From the IMG/VR virus record IMGVR_UViG_3300029653_000083, positions 10,236 through 74,235 of that record: a DNA stretch of 64,000 nt. One strand, written 5' to 3'. Below, piece by piece: positions 29,406 through 38,118 of the stretch (the first letter of the stretch is position 1; each line of letters starts with the position of its first letter). The stretch is from a virus (Duplodnaviria > Heunggongvirae > Uroviricota > Caudoviricetes). Made by a program: the position numbers and the translations under genes. The notes below the pieces were generated by a model, which was not told the DNA's origin, ran no database searches, and saw nothing but the letters and a program-made list of their open reading frames with translations.

Positions 29406-29677
29406 TTTCGGCTCCCCATCTCCAATGCGCTGATATCGGCTTTTAGAAGGTCGATGATGTCCTTACGGGTATGGTTGGTCTCGATTTTGCCGGAAACCCC
29501 GTGAAGGGCCTTTAAAGCGACGATACGGTCATGTTCGGCAAGCCACTCATCGTAATCCTTTTCGTCTGCGGGAAGACCGGTCTGAACGTAGGCACCATCG
29601 CAATACCGGCCACGAACGGTCTCATCATCAAGAGGCCGAACCGGCGAACCAGTCGGAAGCGCGATAGGCAAAAGCAT
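29402..29677 (-). CDS. Hypothetical protein
   Basis: YDEWLAEHDR motif; motif promoter at 29701-29719. Confidence 0.6.
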   Translation of the reverse strand: MLLPIALPTGSPVRPLDDETVRGRYCDGAYVQTGLPADEKDYDEWLAEHDRIVALKALHGVSGKIETNHTRKDIIDLLKADISALEMGSRK

Positions 29678-29984
29678 GTTTTCTCTTTTCCGCTAGCCAA
29701 TGTGGACTAATCCAGTCTAACGGAAACAACATTGGAAGAATCTGAAAAGCACGGAAATACGACGAAGAGAAAAAACAGCGAAACGGGAGGGGCGGGCTTT
29801 TTCTTCTTTAGGGAACCCGGGGTAAAGGATTCTCGCTTGTTAACGGTTCACACGGTTTCAGATTTTATCCGGTTTTCTTAAGCAATGAGAAAAGCCAGTG
29901 AGCGGTAATCTAAGTTAAGGATTAACCCGTCTCCATTCCCCGACATAGGGGGGTCACGTCTGTTGGCCTCTACCCAGCAAAAGC

Positions 29985-30250
29985 ATTTTTCCTATATTTT
30001 TTGCTTTTTCAAATTTTTTAAAATTTGAGCCCATATATATTATGTATTAGTTATGTATGTTATGTATATTTATGGGGATGCCTGAAAGCCCTTGTGGCAG
30101 TAAGGCTGAGAGACTGTTCTTATATTCAAATTGTGAACTTTTCATATTCAAATTGTGAACTTTCATATCTAAATCATAAACTTTTATATTCAAATCATAA
30201 GTCAAAAATAGGCAAAAAATGTTTTTCCATACTCAAATTGTGAACAATAG
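29985..30250. repeat. Plasmid replication origin: AT-rich region and ~21-22-bp iterons
   Basis: TATATTCAAATTGTGAACTTTT (30121), CATATTCAAATTGTGAACTTT (30143), two degenerate copies, and CATACTCAAATTGTGAAC (30228); TTATGTAT repeats at 30040-30073; directly upstream of repA. Confidence 0.8.
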
Positions 30251-30382
30251 GGTGCTGTAGACAGTGTTGTTGAAAACCTCATAAAATACAGCCCACAGCC
30301 TACAATAAAGAAAAAGAGAACCCCTCTGCAATAGGCAGAACAGGGGGGTTCGCTAAAAACCAGAGTAAAAGGAAGTGGTTTC

Positions 30383-31291
30383 ATGTCCAATGATACACCA
30401 GCCGTCAACAAAAAAGACATCAGCTATTCCCCTAGCCTCATGTCGCAGATTGCCATGTTCCCTCTCAAGAACCCCGGTGACGTCCGATTCGTGGAAAGGA
30501 CGAACGGATGCGTGTCCGTGGCGGTAATGCAATCGATGTGGGGTTGGACATATGGGAAGATACCCCGCCTATTTCTGATTTATACTCGTTCTTTGGTGCA
30601 AACAGGCTCCGACAAAGTGGATATGGAGCACCATATCGTCAAGATAGATAAGTCTTTCCACTTATTCTGTGAACAGGTTGGATTGGCGGCTGGAACCAGT
30701 GTCAAAGATGTCGAACAGTCTCTTCTTTGCTTATCCGGAACGACTTTCACGATTTCCCTAATCGGCAAAAGTCCTAATGGGAGACATTTCATAGAGGGGC
30801 GTAACCTACGTCTTGTGAGTCAATTCCATCTGCGTTTCAATAACTCCAAGTTCGACTATCCGGGTTTTAAAGATGATGGAGACCCGTCTTCTTATATCCA
30901 GTTCTCTGAGGAGATGTGGAGTATGTTCACTGACAATCCGGTGCCGTTGAACAAGAGAATCACCTTCGAGCTTGGCAAGTCGGCTAGAGCATTGGATATC
31001 TACCAGTGGCTTGCCTATAGAGCTTATGGGTTGAAGAAGCCTTTGTTTGTTCCATGGCAGTCTCTCAAGGCTCAATTCGACATATCGGATACGCCCATGT
31101 ATTCATTTAAACAAAAGTTCAGTAGAGCCTTAAACAAGGTATGTAAGGCTTGGCCTGAAATCAAAGTCATATGCGGGAAAAACGGGCTAACCTTATACCC
31201 CTGCAAGAGTTCTCTGGACTCCGAGGAACCAGTCCAAAAGACTCCCCAACCGGTGAAGCCAAGGCAGGTGGAACTAAACCCGTTTGCCTAA
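30383..31291 (+). CDS. repA: Plasmid replication initiator, RepA_C family (copy 1)
   Basis: YGKIPRLFL, SARALDIYQWLAYRAY, VPWQSLKAQF, FKQKFSRAL..V..AWP motifs. Confidence 0.85.
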   Translation: MSNDTPAVNKKDISYSPSLMSQIAMFPLKNPGDVRFVERTNGCVSVAVMQSMWGWTYGKIPRLFLIYTRSLVQTGSDKVDMEHHIVKIDKSFHLFCEQVGLAAGTSVKDVEQSLLCLSGTTFTISLIGKSPNGRHFIEGRNLRLVSQFHLRFNNSKFDYPGFKDDGDPSSYIQFSEEMWSMFTDNPVPLNKRITFELGKSARALDIYQWLAYRAYGLKKPLFVPWQSLKAQFDISDTPMYSFKQKFSRALNKVCKAWPEIKVICGKNGLTLYPCKSSLDSEEPVQKTPQPVKPRQVELNPFA

Positions 31292-31387
31292 TCCAGCCTT
31301 CTCAATGAGTAGAAACGTATTCTCCTGTTTTCTATCGTCGGGCTTACACGTGGCAAACCGTTAATTAGTTAAGAAAAGAGCGGTCAT

Positions 31388-32278
31388 ATGATTGGCAATA
31401 GCAACGAAGGCTACCTTCTGAAAGTTGCCGACAATCTGAAACTTATACCCATCGCTGGCGTCTTCCCTATAGAGAATACGGGAGCTGAGTTCTTTGAGAA
31501 AAGGAACGGAACGGTCACGGTCAATATTGCCCCGGAAAGAGGAAAGTGGGCTTATGGGAAGATTCCTAGGCTTATTCTTCTCTACTTGAGTTCTTTAATC
31601 ATGGAAAGGTCTGAGAAAGTCGATTTCGACAAAAAGACTATAGTCTTTAACGAATCATTCCGTTCTTTTTGCAAGCACTCTGGCCTAACATATTACGGCG
31701 GTTTGGCCGAAAAAGTAGACGAGATGCTGAATCGTATACTGAATACGACTATCCAGTTTAGGGGCCGGTTCGACGCGAAGGAAGAACGAATACTGGCCGT
31801 GGGAAACTATCGGATTTTCGATTACGGAGAATTCCACTTTCACGACGTGGACACTTCTCGGAAAACATATATCAGATTATCTGACTTGCTGTGGCGGATT
31901 CTTACGGAGAATTGCGTCCCCTTGAACAGAGGTATCGCCGCCCAATTAGGACGTTCCCCCAGAGCTTTGGATATCTACCAGTGGCTTGCCTATCGAACAT
32001 ATGCCCTGAAAAAGCCCGTCGTCGTTTCTTGGGAGAATCTTCGGAGTCAGTTCGATTCAGCGGATACGCCGATGTACTCTTTCAGACGGAGGTTTTGCCG
32101 GTCGTTGGAGAAGGTGTCGGACGCGTGGCCGGAGCTGGCGACTTCCGTTGGGGAAAAAGGATTGACGCTCTATCCCAGCAGAAGCTCCCTCACTTCGGGA
32201 AAAGGAAAGGAAAAGGCTTTCGGACAGGGGGCCGTCTCTTCCGCAAAGGAGTCCGCCATGACGGAAAACCCGTTCTAA
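31388..32278 (+). CDS. Plasmid replication initiator, RepA_C family (copy 2, paralogue)
   Basis: YGKIPRLILL, SPRALDIYQWLAYRTY, VSWENLRSQF motifs shared with copy 1. Confidence 0.85.
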   Translation: MIGNSNEGYLLKVADNLKLIPIAGVFPIENTGAEFFEKRNGTVTVNIAPERGKWAYGKIPRLILLYLSSLIMERSEKVDFDKKTIVFNESFRSFCKHSGLTYYGGLAEKVDEMLNRILNTTIQFRGRFDAKEERILAVGNYRIFDYGEFHFHDVDTSRKTYIRLSDLLWRILTENCVPLNRGIAAQLGRSPRALDIYQWLAYRTYALKKPVVVSWENLRSQFDSADTPMYSFRRRFCRSLEKVSDAWPELATSVGEKGLTLYPSRSSLTSGKGKEKAFGQGAVSSAKESAMTENPF

Positions 32279-32280
32279 CA

Positions 32281-32320
32281 AAAAGCTTGGGGCACCGGTT
32301 TTTCGATGCCCCAAGCTTTT
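32281..32320. terminator. Bidirectional terminator between convergent genes
   Basis: AAAAGCTTGGGGCA...TGCCCCAAGCTTTT. Confidence 0.8.
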
Positions 32321-32344
32321 TGTTGGGAAACGGAGGGGAAAGAG

Positions 32345-33259
32345 CTATGCGACAACGTCGTTGTACATGGCGAAGTTTTGCGCGTCGGCCATATCCCATG
32401 CTGTGAATTCGACTTCCTTCAAGGACTTGTCGTATCCGCAGTTTCGGAGCGCGTAGCGTGCCGCCGCGTCGATGCCTTTGCCGTAGTGCCCGTCGGCTTC
32501 CGCCTTGTCACGGAGTTCGGCAATGCCATGCAAGGCCGCGCTGATAGCCATTCCGGCCATTTTCGTCACGTCATTGTCCGCGCTGATGGAGAACGGTTGC
32601 CAATCGCATGCGCCGCTTTTCTCGAACACCCAGAATTGCATAGCCACAGGCTTGCGTCTGGTGCGTTGGAATGCTTCCGCCGGACAGTTCGCAACCGCCT
32701 GACGGTAGAACGACGCCTGAATGTGATAACCGTATTCGATGACATGCTTGTGGAAGTCCGTGGCGCTGGCACTGCTCGCGGTCTTCAAATCCACGAGATA
32801 GTCAACGCCGGTCGGAATCAAATCCGGCTTGGCTTTCAATCCCAAGCCGGTATCGTCATCCGTCCACACGATGCACTGTTCGCATGTGCCTTTGCCGATA
32901 AGGTCGTACATGTCGGGACGGGAGTCGATGATGTTCTGCTTCATGCGTTTGAGCAACTGCATATCCTTGTAGGATACGACGATGTTGCCCATCGCCTCTT
33001 GCGCTTCACGCCATGCTTTGTTGGCTTTGTTTTGGAAGGTCTGCCCCTCGTCAAGGCATACGACCTCGCTCGTGTTCAACAGGTAGGCGTGGAATGCGGT
33101 TCCGAACTTCATCGCGTCAGTCGGCGTATGGTCGCCCAACAGTCGGTCGTAAGCCCATTCCTTCGGATTTTTCAGGAACGCTTTCAACTGGCTCTGGTCG
33201 AGCGCGTCCATGGCGAAGTATTCCTCGTCGGTCGCGTCGATGATTTTCGCTTGGCTCAT
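32345..33259 (-). CDS. RecE/ExoVIII-like PD-(D/E)XK exonuclease (DUF3799 type)
   Basis: EEYFA..ALDQSQLK, FGTAFHAYLL, KAKPDL...VDLKT, YGYHIQASFY. Confidence 0.85.
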   Translation of the reverse strand: MSQAKIIDATDEEYFAMDALDQSQLKAFLKNPKEWAYDRLLGDHTPTDAMKFGTAFHAYLLNTSEVVCLDEGQTFQNKANKAWREAQEAMGNIVVSYKDMQLLKRMKQNIIDSRPDMYDLIGKGTCEQCIVWTDDDTGLGLKAKPDLIPTGVDYLVDLKTASSASATDFHKHVIEYGYHIQASFYRQAVANCPAEAFQRTRRKPVAMQFWVFEKSGACDWQPFSISADNDVTKMAGMAISAALHGIAELRDKAEADGHYGKGIDAAARYALRNCGYDKSLKEVEFTAWDMADAQNFAMYNDVVA

Positions 33260-33265
33260 GGAGGA

Positions 33266-33928
33266 TTACTCCTCTTCGTCTCCGGTGATGGAAGTGTCTT
33301 CGCCTCGCGCTTCGGCGTCGGCCTTGACCGCGTCTTCGTCGGGCAGATGCACTTCGACCTTGTTGGTTTCGGCGTTCTGGAAGATAACAGGCTCCTCATA
33401 GTCGATGGGTTCGCCGGTCTGCGGGTCGAACTCCGGCTGGAGCTTCATGTTGTCAACGTAGTTGTAGGGGTTTCCATCGGCTTCGGCCTGTGCCCGGTCG
33501 ATTTCCTCCCACGCGTCCTGCCATGCGGCGTACTCCTCCGCATAACCCGGATATGGTTCGATGTGGCGAATCTCCCAGTCGAGGAATTGTTTATCGGTGA
33601 TGGGCTGGGATGGTTCGAAACTGTTGGTCAGAGAGTCCGGAATCGGAACCGTGTATGATGCTCGGTTCCTTTCCTCCTCCTCGTCGGTCATCGGTTCGTC
33701 GAATACTACTTCGGAGTGGCCGTAATCGGTTGCCATTTTGGTCTTCTTTCTGATTTGCGCGGACATTTCCAAATATTGGACGGTTTCCAACCACATGCCG
33801 TGTGGCATTTCAAGTGGGTTTTTCTCCCACCGTTTATATGTGCTTGTTGACACGTCCAGTACTTCGGCTGTTTCAGCCTGTGTTTTTCCCGCTTGTATTC
33901 GAAGGTTGCGTAATGAGATGTTTCCCAT
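33266..33928 (-). CDS. Xre-family HTH regulator with acidic C-terminal extension
   Basis: LRNLRIQAGKTQAETAEVLDVSTSTYKRWEK. Confidence 0.85.
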   Translation of the reverse strand: MGNISLRNLRIQAGKTQAETAEVLDVSTSTYKRWEKNPLEMPHGMWLETVQYLEMSAQIRKKTKMATDYGHSEVVFDEPMTDEEEERNRASYTVPIPDSLTNSFEPSQPITDKQFLDWEIRHIEPYPGYAEEYAAWQDAWEEIDRAQAEADGNPYNYVDNMKLQPEFDPQTGEPIDYEEPVIFQNAETNKVEVHLPDEDAVKADAEARGEDTSITGDEEE

Positions 33929-33975
33929 TTTTTAGACAACTCCTTTCCTACAAGTTTCAACCCAACTATAGCATT

Positions 33976-34071
33976 GGTTCACTTTTGAGCCAAATCGTAT
34001 GATTGAGTATGCTGATAATCGTTGAAATTCAAGGGGACACGCTTGATTTCACAATAGTTCAAATATGACCT
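33976..34071. promoter_or_regulatory. Two 16-bp palindromic operators within divergent promoters
   Basis: GGTTCA-CTTT-TGAGCC (33976-33991) and AGTTCA-AATA-TGACCT (34056-34071); rightward promoter TTCACA-17-TATACT (34048-34076). Confidence 0.6.
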
Positions 34072-34208
34072 ATACTTGGACATGTCCACATAAAAGAACT
34101 GACTTCCTCCACTCATGTCAGAGCATGTTCAAACTGTTTCCCGAATGGAAAAGGTTCATGCCTGATATTGGTGTGAGAGGAAAACGAAAATAAAGGAGAA
34201 AGCCAAAA

Positions 34209-35330
34209 ATGGCAGAGCAAGAGCAGTCCGCGTCAGTGCCGTCCACGCTCGACGTGTTCCTCCCCCATATCACTCTTGGACGTTGCTCCCTCTTCGAGCC
34301 TTACGTTTTCAAGCAGAGCGACGATGACAAGAACAAGGACAAGACTCCAAGCAAGCCGTCCTACATGTTCCGTGCGATTCTCGACAAGCGTCGTGACAGT
34401 GCTATCATCAAGAAGATTTCCGGCTATCAGAACGCATATATCGAAGAGCTGAAAGCCAAGCGCATGTTCGACAAGCGTGCCGCAATCCACTTCGCCCTCG
34501 TTGACTGCGATAGTGAGGAAGTCGAGGACAAGGACACCGGCGAACTGGTAATCATGTCCGAACGTGATTCCTCGCTGAGGGGCAAGTACATGCTTTCCGC
34601 CAAGTCTCGCGCAACCGAACCGCCGAGCGTAGGCTGGGTCGATGACAAGAACATCCTCCACCCCATGCCGAAACATTTCATCGTGAACGAGGAAGACCCC
34701 GATTCCGTTGAAGAGTACGAACGCCGACTCGACTTCTGGAAAGACAAGGTGTATGCGGGACAGTATGCGAGTGCCGTGCTTCGTCTTTCCGGCTGGCATC
34801 AGGCCAAGATTGGTCAGGGTGTGACCGGTCGAATCAAGAGCGTTGTCATTATCGGCGGTGGTACTCCGGCTGGCATCATGTCCCTTGAGGATGCTTTCAC
34901 CGAAGAGCAGATTGCTGAAATGGTCGCATGGCGTGACCAGATGGTGCCGGATTACAAGTCGGGCGACGACCCGTGGAACAAGCGTGTCAAGCTTCGTTCC
35001 AGTTCTGACGTTGACGATTATGCTGAGGATGACGATGTGGAGGAAGAGGAGACTCCGAAGCCGCGTCGCAAGGCGAAGCCGGTCAAGCCGGTCGAACCGG
35101 AACCGGAAGAAGAGGACGACTACGAGTATGAGGAGGAGGCTCCGAAGCCGCGTCGTAAGACCAAGCCCGCCCGTAAGGTGAAGCCGGTCGAACCGGAAGA
35201 GGAATACGACGGCGTGGAGGAAGAGGAGGTTCCCGCTCCCCGACCGCGTAAGACCCGTAAGCCTGTCAAGGAAACGGTCGAAGACGATTACGACTCCGAC
35301 TTTGACGAGGGTGCGGACACCGAATGGTGA
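34209..35330 (+). CDS. Phage-type ssDNA-binding protein (DUF2815/T7 gp2.5-like) with long acidic/basic repeat tail
   Basis: SLFEP...Y....ILDK, GKYMLSAKS, VYAGQYA, GVTGRIKSVVI; acidic C-terminus ending in W; AAGGAG SD. Confidence 0.65.
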   Translation: MAEQEQSASVPSTLDVFLPHITLGRCSLFEPYVFKQSDDDKNKDKTPSKPSYMFRAILDKRRDSAIIKKISGYQNAYIEELKAKRMFDKRAAIHFALVDCDSEEVEDKDTGELVIMSERDSSLRGKYMLSAKSRATEPPSVGWVDDKNILHPMPKHFIVNEEDPDSVEEYERRLDFWKDKVYAGQYASAVLRLSGWHQAKIGQGVTGRIKSVVIIGGGTPAGIMSLEDAFTEEQIAEMVAWRDQMVPDYKSGDDPWNKRVKLRSSSDVDDYAEDDDVEEEETPKPRRKAKPVKPVEPEPEEEDDYEYEEEAPKPRRKTKPARKVKPVEPEEEYDGVEEEEVPAPRPRKTRKPVKETVEDDYDSDFDEGADTEW

Positions 35331-35342
35331 TTGACTGATTCT

Positions 35343-35393
35343 AAAGAGTTATCCCAACCTACAAGTTTCTGTTGTAGGTTGGGATAACTCTTT
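35343..35393. terminator. Long bidirectional terminator hairpin
   Basis: AAAGAGTTATCCCAACCTACAA...TTGTAGGTTGGGATAACTCTTT. Confidence 0.85.
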
Positions 35394-35398
35394 TTAGG

Positions 35399-38083
35399 CT
35401 AGAACATCACGCCGCTGTTGCCGTCACCACCGGTGGACGGTTGCGACGGTGTAGCCGGTGTGGATGGAGTCGATGGTGTGGACGGGGTTGACGGCGTGGA
35501 CTGCTGTTGCCTTGGAGCCGTATACTGCCGTTGCGGCGTATACGTGTACGTGTATTGCCGTTGCGGCGTGTAAGTCGGCTGGGACTGCTGTTGCTGTTGG
35601 GCCTGCTGATTTTTGGCCTCCTCCTCGGCTTTCTTCTTATCCTCTTCCGCCTTCTTCGCATTATCCGCGTCGGTCTTGGCCTTGCTGACCTTGCCCACCA
35701 CATCTTGCAGACTGGACACCGCCTTGTTGGCGTCGGCCACATTGTCAGCCGTCACCTGCGTATCTTTCCACTGTTTGACGAGACTGTTCATGGTCTTCTT
35801 ATCCGACGAATCCGGAGCGTCGCCAAGTTTTCCGGCTTGGTCGATGAGACTCTTCAACTTATTGGACACGTCCACGCTCTTCGACTGCAACGCCTTCCGA
35901 TACGCGTTGTCGGTCGCCTTGTATTGAGCGTTCAACGCCTTCATTTTCTTGCCGATTGCCGCTTCGGTCATCGGATTTCCTTCCGTGGCCTTGCTGAGCT
36001 TGTCACACTCCCCCAGCGTGGTCTTGTCGTCCTTCACGAGACTGTTCTTGATTTCCTTAATCAGGTCTTTCGCGTCGGCCACACGCTTGTCCCAATTGTT
36101 TTGGGCTTTCGTGAGCGAATCCTGCTTCTTTTGGATTTCAACCTGCCGGGCCTTCTCGGCTTGGGCGTGAGTGTATGTCGAATAAGCGTAATAGCCACCA
36201 CCGCATAGAAGCGCGATACCGGCCAGAATCACCACGACCATGATAATGATTTTACGGATTCTGCCACCATCGCCTTCAACGTCGGTGGTGTTTTCGGCTT
36301 CGGCATCATCCGCATAATCCGGCAGTTCGCCGTCGAATTGTTGCGGCGGAAAACCGGAGGACTGTTCTACGGGCGTACTGTCGAACTGGTTTGCCTGTAT
36401 ACTGTCATCCCAGAAACCGTCATCCTCCTGTTGTGGCGCGGATTGTTGTTGCTGGGGTGCCGACTGTTCCTGACCGTTGGAACCATCCTCCCACCATTGG
36501 CCTTCACCATGGTCGTTGAAGATGCTGTTTCGACGGTAGAAGTCATCATCCGGCTGGTTGGACTGTTCGCCGTTCTGCTGGTTCGCCGGTTCGGTGTCGG
36601 ATTGGCTCACCGGCGTATTGTCGTACTGGTTTTCCTGTCCGCCGTCGAATGGGCTTGCCTGTCCGCCGTCATCCGGTTCAGGCTGTTGGGCTGGAATCTC
36701 ATCTCCCCAAATATCATCGTAGGCTACCGGAGCGGCGTTCTGTCCATACGGCGAATTGTCGTCACTGCTCCCCCATATATCCGGCTCGTTGGACGGCTGG
36801 CTTTCCGGCATACCGTTCAACTGGTTTGCTGTTTCGCCTGTGGGATTGTCTCCCCAAATATCCTGCTCACCGTCCGACTGGATTGCCTGTCCGCTGTCCG
36901 ACTGTTGAACCGGCTGAACGTCGGATTCATCTCCCCAGAAGTCTTGTTCGCTGGCCTGCCTGTCCGCCGTTTCACCATTCGACTGTTGGACTTGCCTGCC
37001 TGTGGGATTGTCTCCCCAGATATCCTGTTCGCCGTTCTGTTGGAACGCCTGAACGTCATCGGACTGTTGTTCAGGCATACTGGTCTGCTGTTGCGCCGGT
37101 TCGCCGGTATTCCAGAAATCATCATTTGACTGGTTTGCCGTTTCGCCGTTCGACTGTTGCGCCTGACCGTCGGCATACTGTTGTTCCGGCGAATCAACAC
37201 TCCAAATATCCGCTTGACTGTCCTGCTGGCTGGCCGGATAATCGGCTTGTTGCGGTTCCGCCTGTTGTGGCATGTCATCCATCCGCCAGATGGAATCCTG
37301 TTCCGCCTGTCCAACGTTCTGCCTGTCCGCCGTTTCGCTGTTCTGTCGCCCATCCGGATTGACGGTATTCTGTCCTACCGTGGAGGCATCGGACTGTTCC
37401 CGCATGTTCCACATGGAGAACGGGTCTATGTCATCTTCAGACTGCTGGTTTCCCGCTACACCGGTTTGCTGTTCTGCCGGTTCGCCGTAAAACTGTTGTT
37501 CCTGCTGGAAAGCTGACTGCTCTTCCGTTCCAACAGCCGACTGTCCGACCGGCTCACCGTAGTATTGCTCAGCCGGTACGCCGTTTTCGACGGGGGACTG
37601 TCCGACCGGCATACCGGAATCCTGTTCAACCGTTTCGCCTGTATCGGACGATGGGGAACCCCACGGGTCTTCCAACAGACTGTCGATATCGATGGAATCC
37701 TCATCGACCGTACCATCATTCTGCTGGCTGACCGGTTTCACATCGACCGGCTCCACCGGTTGACTGTTGAAACGTGGAGGCGGCGTTGTGGAGGACTGGT
37801 TTTCACTATCGGACGGTACGGCGTCATTCCGTTCCGCCTGTCCACCGTTCCGCCTGTTCGACGTACCATCATCGTTCCGGGAAGACGATTCTCCACTCGA
37901 CTGCTTCGCCGTCGCACTGTTTTTCTTCCTCACAGTCGAAGAGGTGTTCCGCTTCGCCGGAGACTTCTTTTTCCTGCCCGCCGGTTTAGCGGCGGACTGC
38001 TCCACCGGCATGTCGGACATGTCCATCAAAAGAGACTCATCCAACCGGTTGTTGCCAATCAGAAAATCATCCTGCTCAGACAT
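35399..38083 (-). CDS. Single-TM protein with ~600-aa Q/D/E-rich disordered N-terminus (DIWG/DDFW repeats) and coiled-coil C-terminus
   Basis: Repeated EQDIWGDNPTG-like units; TM IIIMVVVILAGIALLCGGGYY; K/A/D-rich helical region. Confidence 0.75.
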   Translation of the reverse strand: MSEQDDFLIGNNRLDESLLMDMSDMPVEQSAAKPAGRKKKSPAKRNTSSTVRKKNSATAKQSSGESSSRNDDGTSNRRNGGQAERNDAVPSDSENQSSTTPPPRFNSQPVEPVDVKPVSQQNDGTVDEDSIDIDSLLEDPWGSPSSDTGETVEQDSGMPVGQSPVENGVPAEQYYGEPVGQSAVGTEEQSAFQQEQQFYGEPAEQQTGVAGNQQSEDDIDPFSMWNMREQSDASTVGQNTVNPDGRQNSETADRQNVGQAEQDSIWRMDDMPQQAEPQQADYPASQQDSQADIWSVDSPEQQYADGQAQQSNGETANQSNDDFWNTGEPAQQQTSMPEQQSDDVQAFQQNGEQDIWGDNPTGRQVQQSNGETADRQASEQDFWGDESDVQPVQQSDSGQAIQSDGEQDIWGDNPTGETANQLNGMPESQPSNEPDIWGSSDDNSPYGQNAAPVAYDDIWGDEIPAQQPEPDDGGQASPFDGGQENQYDNTPVSQSDTEPANQQNGEQSNQPDDDFYRRNSIFNDHGEGQWWEDGSNGQEQSAPQQQQSAPQQEDDGFWDDSIQANQFDSTPVEQSSGFPPQQFDGELPDYADDAEAENTTDVEGDGGRIRKIIIMVVVILAGIALLCGGGYYAYSTYTHAQAEKARQVEIQKKQDSLTKAQNNWDKRVADAKDLIKEIKNSLVKDDKTTLGECDKLSKATEGNPMTEAAIGKKMKALNAQYKATDNAYRKALQSKSVDVSNKLKSLIDQAGKLGDAPDSSDKKTMNSLVKQWKDTQVTADNVADANKAVSSLQDVVGKVSKAKTDADNAKKAEEDKKKAEEEAKNQQAQQQQQSQPTYTPQRQYTYTYTPQRQYTAPRQQQSTPSTPSTPSTPSTPATPSQPSTGGDGNSGVMF

Positions 38084-38118
38084 CTGCGAAACACCTCCAG
38101 ACTATGATGGTCGGACTC

